Part shown: piece by piece, positions 37,913-58,477 of the stretch
How the letters are laid out: every line of letters begins with the position of its first letter
How positions within the stretch are numbered: the stretch's first letter is position 1
Source of the DNA: Guillardia theta CCMP2712
Lineage: Eukaryota; Protista; Cryptophyta
DNA length: 64,000 bases
Reading direction: 5' to 3'
Assembly: GCF_000315625.1 (NCBI RefSeq)
Contig: NW_005434481.1
Location: 21,106-85,105, forward strand
Made by a program: the position numbers and the translations under genes
Notes under the pieces: model-generated
Told to the model about the DNA's origin: nothing
What the model saw: the letters and a program-made list of their open reading frames with translations, nothing else
Database searches by the model: none

Positions 37913-39866
37913 ATGTCGAGAAGGATCTTGCTCCTCCTCTCCTCATTAACCCTCGTCTCTTCCTTCAACTCCCCTCTCCTCAGGTGCGCTCGACACGCTC
38001 TCTCCTCCTCCTCCTCCTCCTCCTCCTCCTCCTCCTCCTCCTCCTCTTCTCCTTCTTCGTATGCTGCTGCTGCTGTCGCTGCCGCTGCCGCTGCCGCTGC
38101 CGCTGCTGTCGCTGCATGTTCATGACAGCATGCCAGCGTATCGCTTCCTTTTCTCCATCCCCCCTCAAGATCAATCTCTTCCTGCCTCCATCACTAACTC
38201 CAGTTGTTGACTTTGTGTGTAGTCACAGGGCCAGATTGTACTGCAAGACAAGACATTGCAAGCATTCCTCGTCCTTCCATGCTCCCACTCTCCCTCCCTC
38301 CTCTCCCTCCCTCCCTACGCTCTCCTGCGCTCCCCTGGCTGCTAGGAGGTCAGAGGTCACCATGCAGGATCGGTCGTCGATGCTGCAGCCGTTTGAGAGT
38401 CTCTTGAAGCTGAGGGAGGTGGAGAAAACACGAGGCCGCCTCCTCTTCTTCGACGACCCTCTCCGCGGTGTTGCATGCGACTCGGCAGAGTGGGAGCAGG
38501 AGGAGCAGGAGGAGGAAGCGGATGGAGCGAGCAAGCCGCTCTTCCTCTTCCTCCCAGGGTTCGATGGGACCGGAGTCAGCGCTCAGTCGCAGTTCGAGGA
38601 CCTCGGGAGGACATACGTGGTTCGCAGAATGCAGTACCTGTCGCAAGACAGGTCAAACTTTGACGAGCTGGTTCGATTCGTCTGCTCCTACGTCAGGGGC
38701 TGGAGGGAGAGCAGGAGGAGGAGGAGGGAGAAGGACGCTGGTGTCTTCCTCCTCGGGGAGTCGTTCGGAGGCCTTCTTGCCCTTGCTGTCGCGCTGCAGC
38801 TAGAGGAGGAAGAACAAGGAGCAGTAGCGGGGCTTGTCCTCGCAAACCCCGCCTCCTCCTTCCTCCGCTCCGACTGGCCTCTCACCAGCCAGCTGATCAC
38901 CGAGCTGCCGGCAGCTCTCCCGTTCAAGGACCTCCAGCTTTCCCAGCTCGTCCCTCCTCTCCGCGACGGCCTGCTGGGTGAGCTGAGAAGCTCTTCTCTG
39001 CTCAACAAGACGCTCGGGAGCCTCTCCTATGCCTCCCTCGGCTCCTCCTTGCTCCTTACTAGGGCGCTGGATATGAAGACGGCTGGGGACCTGCTGGAGG
39101 GGACTAGGAACAGACTGCAGACGCTGTCGCAGTCCCTGCTGAGAGGTGACGTTGCAGGAGGAATCGCCGACCTGGTGAAGGTGAAACTCAAGAAATCCCT
39201 CTCCCCCCCTCCCCTCCCCGCGCTTGTTCTCCTCCTCTTTTGCTCCTCTTCCTCTTCTTCTTCTTCTTCCTCTTCCTCTTCCTCTTCCTCTTCCTCTTCC
39301 TCTTCCTCTTCCTCTTCCTCTTCCTCTTCCTCTTCTTCTTCCTCTTCCTCTTCCTCTTCTTCTTCCTCTTCCTGCTACCGCTTCACTGGCTGCTGTTCTA
39401 CTCTTGCTGCCCCCCTTCCCCTGCTTGTCTCCCTTGCTCTTGCTTGCTTCGCTTCTATAACCTTTTCTTCACTACCCTGCATCGACTTCTTCTTCTGCTC
39501 AACTCCATCGTTTATCCTCCTCCTTGTTCGTCCTCTGACTGATCCTTCACTTTCCGCTCTCTCTTTCCCGTTTCTCTTTCTACTTCCCCCTCTTCACCTC
39601 ACTCATCTTACCTACAGGACTCTTCCTGGGCTCTCGACTCGCTTCTTTCCATCCTCCCCGAAGACACTGTGCGGCACAGACTGAAGTTTTACCTGGAGCA
39701 AGGCAAGAGAAAGAGGGAGAGGAGAAGACGGAGAGAAGGGATGCGGAAGAGAGGGAGCGAGGGAGCGAGGGAAAAGCGATCAGAGAACCAAAATCTTCCT
39801 CAATCATTTTAAGAATAACAGAGAGAATGCGAGGAGGAAAGAGGAGGAGGAGGAGGAGGAGGAGGA

Positions 39867-39914
<48 letters not shown>

Positions 39915-40334
39915 CTGACGAAGAATCAGGGTCTGAAAGGATTAGCAACAAGTTGAAGGACTTGAAGTGCGACGTTATCGTGCTGGTCGGATCTAACGAT
40001 AATGTTCTGCCTAGCCGAGAAGAGGTGATATATGTCCTCCTTACCATTCCTCTCTCGCCGTCGTCGTCCTCCTCCTCCTCCTCCTCCTCCTCCTCCTCCT
40101 CCTCCTCCTCCCTCTCTCTACTTCCCCGCCTGCTTGTTTTATTTCCTTCCTCTTCCCCATCCTTCAGCGCTCGTTCATAATCAATGCAGGCGGATCGACT
40201 TGCTAAAGAAATTCCATCTTGTGAAGTCAAAGTGATACGAAACGCCGGGTGATATAAGATTAACACCATCCCATCACAACTTTATTTACTTCTTTCTCCA
40301 CCATCACAACTAAGTTTCAAATGCTTCCCACTGC

Positions 40335-40390
<56 letters not shown>

Positions 40391-40391
40391 C

Positions 40392-40464
<73 letters not shown>

Positions 40465-43400
40465 GAGATAATGATGATGATGATGATTGAGATAATGATG
40501 ATGATGATTGAGATAATGATGATGATGATGATAGCGCTGGTGGTTATGATGATGTTAGTCAACTAGCTTCACTTGTTCATCATCACCAACTTCGTACTCC
40601 CCCGACTCCTTTGAGTTCTCCTCTCCTTTTCTCCAACATTGTCTTAGAACGAGGGAGAAAGATATTCCTTTTAAAATTTCTCCCAGTCTCTTGCTTTTCA
40701 CGCTGTGTATGATCCTTACATTTTGACTTCTACTCTCTCCTCTTGTCTCAAAGTGTTCGCTTTTTGTTTCATTCACTCATTTTCTTCTCCTTTCTTTCTT
40801 CGCAACCTTAACATCTTTTTTTTTTCGCCCATTTCTCTTCAATCAGGCATCTCATATTAGACGAGAGGACAAACATCACAAAGATCATCGAGAAATCTTC
40901 TTTCTGCCCGCCATCGCTCAGGTTTTGCTCCTTGTTTACAACACAACCAGGAATCAATGTGATCCAAGGTGCAGGAAAGATGTTGTGACCGATTTCAAGA
41001 TGCCCACAGACGAACAGATCAAGAATGCAATCGGTAACAACTCGTCGAGTGATGAAGTCGTCAATCAAAGTGTTTGCCAACATGTTGTTTTGTGAACACG
41101 TTGTATCGTGAATCTGATCTATCGAACGCATGCGGTATGATCAGCAGTTTTTGATATGGTGTGTGTTGTTGAGCAAACCACGAGCTTATGAAGTATGTTA
41201 CGTCTGCAAACTGAAATTGATCACGGCTATACAGAGAAGTCTTCTACAATCAGGAACATCTTCTCTCCAGTCTTCTTCTCAATCGACAACTCAACAAGTA
41301 ACACCCTCTACTTGTTTCTGTTTCTTCTTCTTAATTCTCTGCAGAACGAGTTGTTAGAGGACTTGGAGGACTTCCTGAAAAGGTCAGAGATCATGACTAT
41401 GTGATGATTACAATCACGACATCAAATCAGTTGTAATCATACGATGCACAATCCCTCAAACCTATCATGAGCTATATCTGTATCATTGCAGTACCTGCAA
41501 CATCTGCAACGTGTAGTTTTTCTGTGTACAACACATTCATTTCCCATTCTATCGAACAATTGCACAACACCAGTAGCATCCAACGTGTTTATGTTCCATC
41601 AACATCAAAATCTCCGGCCTACCATCTCTCACTCGAAGACATGTCGTTTCTTGATCAACATGTCTTGATTATGACTGTTTGCGTTTCTTGCCCTGTTGCT
41701 CATCATCAAAACAGGGTAGCAACCCCATCCTGTTTGTTGGGAACCACCAGACGTTTGCACTTGATCTGACGTTTCTCCTCTCTGAGGTAAGACAAGAATG
41801 CATTTCCTTCTGCCTTCTCCTTCTATCTGTCGTTCGCTTTTCACTCCCCTTCCTCCTCCTCTCCCTGTCTTGACTGTTCCTGTCTTCCTGTCTACATCTT
41901 CACCTCTCTCTCCTCCCCTTCCTTACTCTCCTCTCCTCTCCTCTCCTCTCCTCTCCTCTCCTCTCCTCTCCTCTCCTCTCCTCTCCTCTCCTCTCCTCTC
42001 CTCTCCTCTCCTCTCCNNNNNNNNNNNNNNNNNNNNNNNNNNNNNNNNNNNNNNNNNNNNNNNNNNNNNNNNNNNNNNNNNNNNNNNNNNNNNNNNNNNN
42101 NNNNNNNNNNNNNNNNNNNNNNNNNNNNNNNNNNNNNNNNNNNNNNNNNNNNNNNNNNNNNNNNNNNNNNNNNNNNNNNNNNNNNNNNNNNNNNNNNNNN
42201 NNNNNNNNNNNNNNNNNNNNNNNNNNNNNNNNNNNNNNNNNNNNNNNNNNNNNNNNNNNNNNNNNNNNNNNNNNNNNNNNNNNNNNNNNNNNNNNNNNNN
42301 NNNNNNNNNNNNNNNNNNNNNNNNNCTCCTCTCCTCTCCTCTCCTCTCCTCTCCTCTCTTCTCCTCTCCTCTCGCCTTGTTCTCACCGTCTTGTTCAGGT
42401 ACTACAAGAGAAAGGATACCTTATGCGCGGCCTTGCCCATCCCTTTCTGTTCCGGTGAGTCAGAACAAGAAGAGCTGTCCAGGAAAGAGAGGGGAAGACA
42501 GGAGGAGAGGAGAGGAGAGGAGAGGAGAGGAGAGGTGAGGTGAGCAGAGCAGAGCAGAGCAGAGCAGAGCAGAGCAGAGCAGAGCAGAGCAGAGCAGAGG
42601 AGCAGCTGCGTGGAGAGGAGGGAAATGGTCTATATTGATCAGCAGGAGCAGGAATGTTCAGGCGGTTCCTGGAGTGACGGGACAATTTGAAGGAGATGAG
42701 AACATTTATGAGCTGGTAAGTGAAAAGAAGAAACGAAGATAAGGATGATGATGAGGAAGATGATGATGATGATGACGATAATGATAATGATGATGATGAT
42801 AAGGAGGAGGAGGAGGAGGAGGAGGAGGAGGATTAAAGATGTGATGACAACGAAGAAAACGTTGTCGTCGATGGCATTGATGATGATTGAGATGATGACG
42901 ATGGAGATGACGATAATGACGATGATGGAGATGATGATGGAGACGACGACGACTATGATGATGATGATGATGTCAATGAGATTTATGACAGAAATGATAG
43001 AGATCATTAACATTGATGATTGGGGTTTTCTTTCTCAGTTTGGAGCTGTTCCAGTTTCTCCGAGAAATGCAGCAAAGCTCATGAAAGCTGGTGAAGTGGT
43101 AAGACCCTACCTTGACATCGTTGACCTTGGTTTCTCCTTTTCCCTTCTCCTCCTCCTCCTCCTCCTCCTCCTTCTCCTCCTCCTCATTATCCTCTTTTTC
43201 GTTTTTCTTCCCTTTCACTTGTTCTGTTTGCTTCTTACCGATGTTGCTCAGGTTCTTTTGTTCCCTGGGGGTGTGAAAGAAACCGTTCCGAGCCGAGACG
43301 AGAAATATGCTGTGAGTTTGGAGCTTGTTCTGTCTGAACTGTTCCTTCACTTCATCTTCTTCATAATCTCCTTCGTCGTCATCATCCTTCGTGTCCCTCT

Positions 43401-45001
43401 GTTCTTCATTGTTGATCATCGTCATCTTTTTCTTTCAGCCCTTTCGATTTTCTCCTTTTCATCTTGTTCAGTTTCAACTAGAAAATCACCGTCAACCTCA
43501 TCATCATCATCTCAATCATTGTCATCATCACCATCGTACACACCTACATCTGAACTCACTCTTCATTGTAACCTCATCTCTAAACTCTTCTACTTCAGTT
43601 GCAATGGCCAGATAAGAGTGAATTCGTTCGTCTTGCAGCAAAATACAACGCGACCATCATTCCCTTTGCTGGTGTTGGTAAGAAATCAACAACAAACTTC
43701 TTCTTTTCTCTCTTCTCTTCTCGTTTCATTCTTCTCTCTTCTTCCTTGCTCCTGTTTTCTTTGTTTTCATCTTTTCATCCCCTCTCCTTCTCCTTTACCA
43801 TATCGTCTTCTCACCTCCTTATCATCTCAACCATGAGAAACATCATTGTTCATGTTCTCGTTGTTTTGATGTTTTCTATCAGGTGCAGCAGAGGCTTTCT
43901 CAGTGTTGTTGGATGTTGACGAAGTTGACCGGTGAGCAGACGAGAGGAGTAGAGCAGACGAGAAAGAATAAGATATGGCAAAGAAGGAGAAAGAAGGGAG
44001 GAAAGATGAAGAAGGGAAAGGTATTTCTGCAAATTGATTGTTTTCCCCGCAAGGCTCAAGAAATCTCCTCTTGCTCCACTGCTTCCAAACTTCGTGAATG
44101 GATACGGGAGCAGAAAGGAGGTGACCCTCCTCCTCCTCCTCCTCCTCCTCCTCCTCCTCATCCTTATCCTCCTCCTCCTCCTCTTCCTCCTCATCCTTAT
44201 CCTCCTCCTCCTCCTCCTCTTCCTCCTCATCCTTATCCTCCTCCTCCTCCTCCTTATCCTCCTCGTCCTTATCCTCCTCCTCATCATCATCCTCATCCTC
44301 ATCCTCATCCTCATCCTCATCCTCTTCTTCCTCCACATCCTCCTCCTCCTTTTTTCTCCTCCTTCTCCTCCTCCTGCTCCTCCTCTTCGTCCTCATCCTC
44401 ATCCTCATCCTCATCCTCTTCTTCCTCCACATCCTCCTCCTCCTTCTTCTCCTCCTTCTCCTCCTCCTGCTCCTCCTCTTCGTCCTCATCCTCATCCTCA
44501 TCCTCATCCTCATCCTCCTTTCCTCCTCCTTTCCTCCTCCTTCTTCACTTTGCAACCACTCAAGCTCACTTAATTTTCAATCTCACACACAACAGGAACA
44601 GCCTTGGACTCTGGGTCCTGGAGTAAGAAGAGAATCAGCTGGCAGAGAGACTGAGGTGAAACTCCTCTCCTCTCCTCTNNNNNNNNNNNNNNNNNNNNNN
44701 NNNNNNNNNNNNNNNNNNNNNNNNNNNNNNNNNNNNNNNNNNNNNNNNNNNNNNNNNNNNNNNNNNNNNNNNNNNNNNGCACTTTGTGCAGATGGTGCAT
44801 TCCATCCCTCATTACCTTCTCCACCTATCTTCTCCCGTCTTCTTCCTCCTCCTCCCTCTCTTCGCCTCTGACTCGTTCCAGGTTGAGGACTGCATCTCCT
44901 ACCTTCTCCGCAAGAGGAAGCAGGACCCCTACGAGAATGTGCTCGTGCGCTCAGCCTTCGAGTCCCTCAACCGACGTCAAGCGCCCACGTTCGAGATCTG
45001 A
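37913..45001 (+). CDS. esterase/lipase/thioesterase (phytyl ester synthase PES/ELT-like): alpha/beta hydrolase + DAGAT acyltransferase, with bipartite plastid signal
   Basis: Hydrolase motifs LFLPGFDGTG, LLGESFGG and LVLANPASSF. Acyltransferase motifs PILFVGNHQ, MRGLAHP, FGAVPVS, VLLFPGGVKE and WPDKSEFVRLAAKYNATIIPFAGVG. C-terminus YLLRKRKQDPY...PTFEI*. N-terminus MSRRILLLLSSLTLVSS-FNSP. Confidence 0.92.
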
Positions 45002-45214
45002 GAGCGCGCGGACACAGGAGGAGGAGAAGGTTGAGAAGGAGGAAGAGGAGGAGGAGGAGGAGGAGGAGGAGGAGGAGGAGAAGGCAGGTATTTGAAGGGG
45101 ATGAAGAACAGTACTACAAAGTGAGGACAACATGGAAGAGCGTTGGAAATCGCGAACGTAGAACGAGACGAGTCGTAGTGATGAGATGTAATGAATATTC
45201 CAAAGCTTCATAAG

Positions 45215-52634
<7,420 letters not shown>

Positions 52635-53276
52635 GGTGGAACTTCCTTCAACTCCATCTCTTCCTCGCGCCCCCCATGTCTTCCCATTCCCTGCAACGCC
52701 TGGGGCGTGTAGTGTGTGTTTGCTGTATCAACTTCTATGGCAGACTGTTGAACACAACCTGGCGATCTACAACCTCAAGAATCTCCTCATCCTCCTCTCC
52801 TACAACCCCCTCCCCTCCCTCAACCCTGCTGAAACAGCAGAGGCAAGCGTGATTAGGGTGGATATGCCCATCGACTCATCAACTCTCCTCTCCTTAGCAC
52901 AGCAGGTCCTTGACATCACCGCCTCCTCTCTCCCTCTTCCTCTCCTGCGCATGTTCTCCCTCCTCCCTCTCTACCCGCTGCTCCTTCCTCCCTCTCCTTC
53001 CGCCTCCCCGCGGCTCGCTGCTTCGCCATGCCGCCATCGCCCCGGGTCAGATGCCCTCCAAATAGTACTGTGGATAAATTAAGTAAAGTCAAATGTACCA
53101 AAACTGAATCTGATCAAACTTGAGTGAAATTACAGGCGCCTGAGGATATCTCTGAGGCGGGGTTCAAAGCAGGGGTACTAGGACCTGCTCGTAGGATGCT
53201 ATGAGCCCTAGGAGCAATGGGGTAGTAAGTCATACTCGTCCTAGGACCACCATTGTCCTGCGCCTCTTCGCTGGCC

Positions 53277-56200
53277 ATGGTGGACTGGAGGAGAGTGGCG
53301 GCGGCGGCGGCGGCGACGGTGCTGATCAGCATGGCGGCAGTTGGGACGCTGGTAAGTCAGGGAGATGGAGGACGGTGAGGGAGATGAGGATGGTGAGAGA
53401 AGGCGAGAATGAAAGGGAGGAATTCGTTGCCATGTCATGCAGAAGTGGCAGAGGAGGGGGAGAAAGATGAAGAGGATCAGTTTGAATGTTCTTGGTGGTG
53501 GCCGGATAGCAGCAGCAGGAGGAAGAGGAGGAGGAGGTGCGGTAGTGCATGAAGCTTGTGAAGAATGCAGAAGGACGAGATGAGCATGAGATGAAGGCGA
53601 TGATGGAGATGATGAGAGATGAAGGAGGAAAGACATGGAATAGTGTGATGATTGACATCCGATGCCTCAGATGGCAACGAAGCCGACGGTGCTAGAGCAA
53701 TTCGTCTATCAGACCCAGGTTTGTCATGCCTGCAAGGGGGGGGGGAGGTGGGGGGGGATCTGGGTACAGAGCGGAGCTGACTAGAGAGGAAGGGAGTGTG
53801 AGAGGGGGGGGGAGGGCGAGGGAGATAATGAGAGGGAGGGGACGGAATGGGGGGAGGAGAGTAAATTCAAGCAGAAGGGGAGAGGGAGGGGAAGTGATAG
53901 GTCAATCCAGGTGGATCCTAGCAATCAGGTCTTCTCCTACTCGACTTCTGTCGCACCTGAGAAGGGGGTGAGGCAGCTGTGCGCTGATTTATGATCATCT
54001 CTCCTGCCCTACCCTACTCCCTACTCCCTCCTCTCTCCTCTCTCCCGTCCTGCCCTATCCTCCTCTCTCCTATCCAACTCTCTCCTCCCTTCCTCTCTCC
54101 TCCTCTCTGTCCCCACGGTTTACTTTCCCTTCCCTCTTGTCCTGCCATGTCTTCTCCTTCCACCCTCTTCTCTTCCCGTCTCCTCACCTCCTCCTCTCAT
54201 CCCAGAACTTCGTCTACTCCACCACCATGGAGCCTTCGCAGCAAGTACATACATACAGCACTCAGGTGTCTCGCCACCTCCTTTCCTCCTCATCATCATC
54301 ATCCTGTTTCCTTCATCCCCCTTCCCTTTGTCCTCCATCCTCATCCCAATCCCAATCCCAATCCCAAACCTCATCATCATCCTCCTCCTCCTCCTCCTGA
54401 CGCTATGGTAGATGACCTCACAGCCCTCCACATTCACCTACTCTACCACGTACCAGGTATGCTCCTTCCCACTGCTTGCTCTGCCTCCTCCTTGCCGATC
54501 AGCTCCTCATGACTTCGACGGATCCCCTGATGCATGCTCTTGCTGCGAGACCAACTGCTTGTGCAGGAGCAACCTTCCTCGTTCACCTACTCGACGATGG
54601 TTCAGGTGAGGAGGAGGAGGAGGAGGAGGAGGAGGAGGGAAGAAGAGTGAAGTCGTGGAGCAGCCGGAGCAGACTCAGTTCACCTACACTGGAACTCCCA
54701 CGGGTCAAGGAGCCGGTTTCAATACCTACATCGCGCAACAGGTGACAAACATGCTTCCTTTTTCCCCCATCCTCATTTGCTGTATTCTCCCTTCCCTCTC
54801 CTTTACCTCCATCCTCCCTTCCCTTCCCACGGATCTCTCCTTCTCTCCGCCTACACATTGCAACTTTCAACTCCTCTCCTTATCTTCAACTTCCATCTGC
54901 CTCCGTTCCTCGTTAATCCTTCTCCTCCCCTTCCGCTCTTTCTCGCCTCAGTCCTCTCTCCATATTCTCACTTCCCTTCTCATTCAGGTTGATCCCAAGA
55001 CGATTGTGAATGGCTACGTACAACCTCAAGCGTCCAATGAAGAATGGTACACCCGATTCCTTCCTCTCCTCTCTCCTTTCCTCTCATCCCATCCCCTCTC
55101 TCTTTTCTCCCGTGCCATCTCCTCTCCCTTCCCCTCTCCTTTCCTCTCCTCGCCGTTCTCCTCCTCGCTCCGTACGTGGGCGTTATCCTCGTAGGCATCC
55201 CCTCTCCTCTCTTTCACTCTCAGCTGCCTCTCCCCTTCCCCATCACTCAACCTTTTTCTCTCCTCCTCTCCCCGGGTCTCGTCCTCCTCTCGTTGACAGT
55301 TCTGGTGGTATAGGTACACTGTCCCCATCGGGTCCCTCCATCCCCTCGACGTTGCTGGAACTCCTGGCCTGTAAGAACTTTCAACGCCTCTCCTTATCGT
55401 CCTTCTTCCTCCCACTCACTCTCCCTTCTTGTCCCCACCTCGCCCTCACTCTCACCATCAGCATCAACCTCATCCTCCCTCTTCCTCTCCTCCTCCCTCT
55501 CTAGTCCTGTTTCCCTGCTCCTCCTCCACATTCGCTTCTCCTCCATCACTATCCTCCTGGTCAAACTCTCCTCCTTTCTGCTCTTGTTGCTCCCTTCCCT
55601 CGCTTCTACTTGCCTCGCTCATTCGCTGCCAGAGGTAACGTGGAGAGCGTCAACCCTGACGGAACCGCCCGCGCGATGGCCCCGCTGACCCTCTCAGGGG
55701 AGCGAGCAGACGGTGAGGAGCACGAGGAGGGGAAGAGGAGAGGAGGGGAACTGCCTTGCGGTACGGTAGGCAGAGAGGACAGGACAGGACAGGACAGGAC
55801 AGGACAGGACAGGACAGGACAGGACAGGACAGGACAGGACAGGACAGGACAGGACAGGACAGGACAGGACAGGACAGGACAGGACAGGACAGGACAAGAG
55901 AGGACAGGACAGGACAGGACAGGACAGGACAGGACAGGACAGGACAGGAGAAGAAGAGAAGATAAGAGGAGAGGAGAGGAGAGGGGAGGAGGGAAGATCA
56001 TCTCATCTTACCCGGGCAGGGACTGTGAGCACTGAGGATGCTCGAGGGAGACGGATGGGCCTGAAGGAGCAGAGGGGGCGGGAGGAGCAGCTCCTGCAAG
56101 TGCCGGACAAGGTGGAGGAGGGAGACGAGAAAGGAGGCGAAGCTGATGTGCCAAGTAGTCGAGGGAGATGGAGCGAATTTTCCGGACGCCGGTGGACCAG

Positions 56201-56568
56201 GTGGGGAAGAGGAGGGAGAGAGAGAGGACAGGACAGGACAAACAAGACAGGGCAGGAGTCAAGGGGAAGGGGGAAGGCGAGAGTGGGGACTAGCGTGAAA
56301 CTGGGAAAGAGAAGGCAAAGGGGGTTGGAAGATTTAAAGGGCGGGGTGATCGAAGAACCGAGGAGGGAAGCGGGGAGGAGGGGGAGAACGATGGAGCAGT
56401 GGGGAGGGTGAGCTGACTGATGCCGTGCAGGTGGCGTCGTTGACGGCGAAGGAGAGAACAATGTGGGCGAAGCATGTGATTGCGGAGGTAAAGAAGAAAG
56501 GGAGAAAAGAAGCGGCGATTCTGACATGATGGACAGGCAAAGAGAGCTAAGTGGCTGAAGAATGTAAG

Positions 56569-56612
<44 letters not shown>

Positions 56613-57390
56613 CGATGATGACGATAAAGCATATCCGACGGTGGCTCATTCATTGATGCAGATTGCAACCTTGTCGATCGCGCAGGTCAAGAAACTTTCT
56701 CCTGCTGATCAGAAACTCTGGGCAAAAGCGACTTTGAAGGTAAATCTCAACTTCTCCTTCTCTTCTCACCCTTCGCTCTCGATGCTTCGTCTACCTTCCT
56801 ACGTGAGCAGCAAGCGAACCTACAGTGAGTTTTTCCTCCTCTCCCCCCCAACCCCCCATCCTCATCCTCCTCCTCCTCCTCCACTCCCTCCTCCCTCCTC
56901 CTCCTCCTCCTCCTCCTCCTCCTGACATCTGTTGCTGTGCAGGTGGGCCAACTCTGCATCGCATCTCGTGCACAAGGAGCTCAGCTCTAAGAAGGGCCCA
57001 GCTGCTGCCCACCAAGGCCCTGGGGTGATGTCAGGGCAGAGGGTGAAGTCGCGAGAGGGGCAGAAGGGGGTGGTAACGTCTCGGCCCGATATGTTCGGAA
57101 TGCCCGACCTGAGGTGAGGAACAGCTGGGGGCTGACGCTCTCGACCCTTCCTCCCCCTCACGCTGACGTCATGATTCAGCGGCCCCTGGTCCTCTAAGTC
57201 CAACAAACTCCCCAGCTCGCTCGCCGAGATCAACTCGTCGCTGCGAACGGACACGCCGTGCGGTGTGGAGTGCATGGTGAGATGAAAAGAGGATGAGGAG
57301 GGGGAGGAAGAGGGGGGGGGGGGGAGAAGCTGACGCAAATGGCAGAGGAGAGCAGAGGAAGCGGCGAGATCCATGCTCCCGACGTCGTGA
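53277..57390 (+). CDS. unknown secreted/signal-anchored protein with micro-exon-encoded F-x-Y-S-T repeats (~18 exons)
   Basis: Exon 1 MVDWRRVAAAAAATVLISMAAVGTL, then phase-0 exons 53671-53718, 53911-53967, 54206-54265, 54412-54456, 54567-54605 and 54664-54741. The C-terminal part contains two helical repeats (VASLTAKERTMWAK / VKKLSPADQKLWAK). Some central junctions are unresolved. Confidence 0.7.
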
Positions 57391-57479
57391 GAACTTGAGA
57401 TGAAAATAAACTAGAAACAACCTTGAGACCTCTACAGGAGCCTGGGGCAGGCACGCTGACCGCCATAGGCTTCACTCAG

Positions 57480-57670
57480 TGACTGCGACCCCCCCGGCAG
57501 TCACCGTCAGCCGGGACGGTGGGCGGGGCCGGGCCGGCCACAAGTACGGGACCGGCGGACTCGGACGGCACGCCCGGCGGCCCTCAGGAGCGCGAAAAAT
57601 GGCCGCCCGGGGCCCGGAGTCCGTCAGCCTGGCAGGGCGGCAGACTCCGGAGTCCGGCCGGGGGGCGGCC
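57480..57670. repeat. GC-rich palindrome-word block
   Basis: Same ggcc/ccgg/gactc-gagtc vocabulary as 28300-29200. Inverted repeats aaaaatggccgccc...gggcggccattttt and gactccggagtc. Confidence 0.8.
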
Positions 57671-57940
57671 ATTTTTCTGTAACTCAACTTGCAATCCGAA
57701 AATGTCCTTGAGAAGTCGCGAGTGAACTTAATGGAGGCTGGTAACCGTTGGAGTGACACGTCAGCAGACCGAGCGGCGTCGCGTGTTTGTTGTCGTCGAA
57801 GGTGACGGACAGCAGTGAAGTTTGACAGGTGGAGATGACTGAGTCGGAAGCGATGAACTTGGGAACATACTTTGAGTCAGTAATCATGGGGCTGTCAGGC
57901 TGAAGTGAAATGTCGACGAGTTGATGAATGAACTTCAGTG

Positions 57941-58185
57941 AAGAGAAGAGAGAAAGAGAAGAGAGTAGAAGAGAAAAGAGTAGAAGAGAGTAGAAGAGAA
58001 GAGAGTAGAAGAGAAGAGAGTAGAAGAGAAGAGAGTAGAAGAGAAAAGAGTAGAAGAGAGTAGAAGAGAAGAGAGTAGAAGAGAAGAGAGTAGAAGAGAA
58101 GAGAGTAGAAGAGAAGAGAGTAGAGGAGAAGAGAGTAGAGGAGAAGAGAGTAGAGGAGAAGAGAGTAGAAGAGAAGAGAGTAGAG
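57941..58185. repeat. 15-bp purine minisatellite (gagaagagagtagaa)n
   Basis: About 15 tandem, slightly variant units. Confidence 0.9.
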
Positions 58186-58477
58186 GAAAGACAAGTCAGA
58201 GTCACTGGAAGACTGATAAGAGAAGTGACCGCCTGGCGAATAGATGAATGAGGGAGGGAGGGAGTGCAAAAACAAGTCAAGTCAAGTCAAGTCAAGACAA
58301 GACAAGATAAGTCAAGACATCTTTTCTTTTTCCAAGTCTTCACTCATACGATTGACTTGAGAGATAAACACGTCATGCCTAACTTCATTTGATGTTTATT
58401 CACAAGTTCAGTTTGCCTCCTCCCTCACAATTCCTTGCATATCTACATCATGTACATGATGAATCCTTATGCTACAT

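Noticed and set aside
37891-39684. 597-aa ORF as a complete protein
   Set aside because: It runs through SSR introns at both ends. Only ~38223-39180 is exon of the PES-like gene.
57684-58280. 198-aa minus-strand ORF
   Set aside because: Half of it is the 15-bp minisatellite, and the remainder has no supporting motif or clear gene context.
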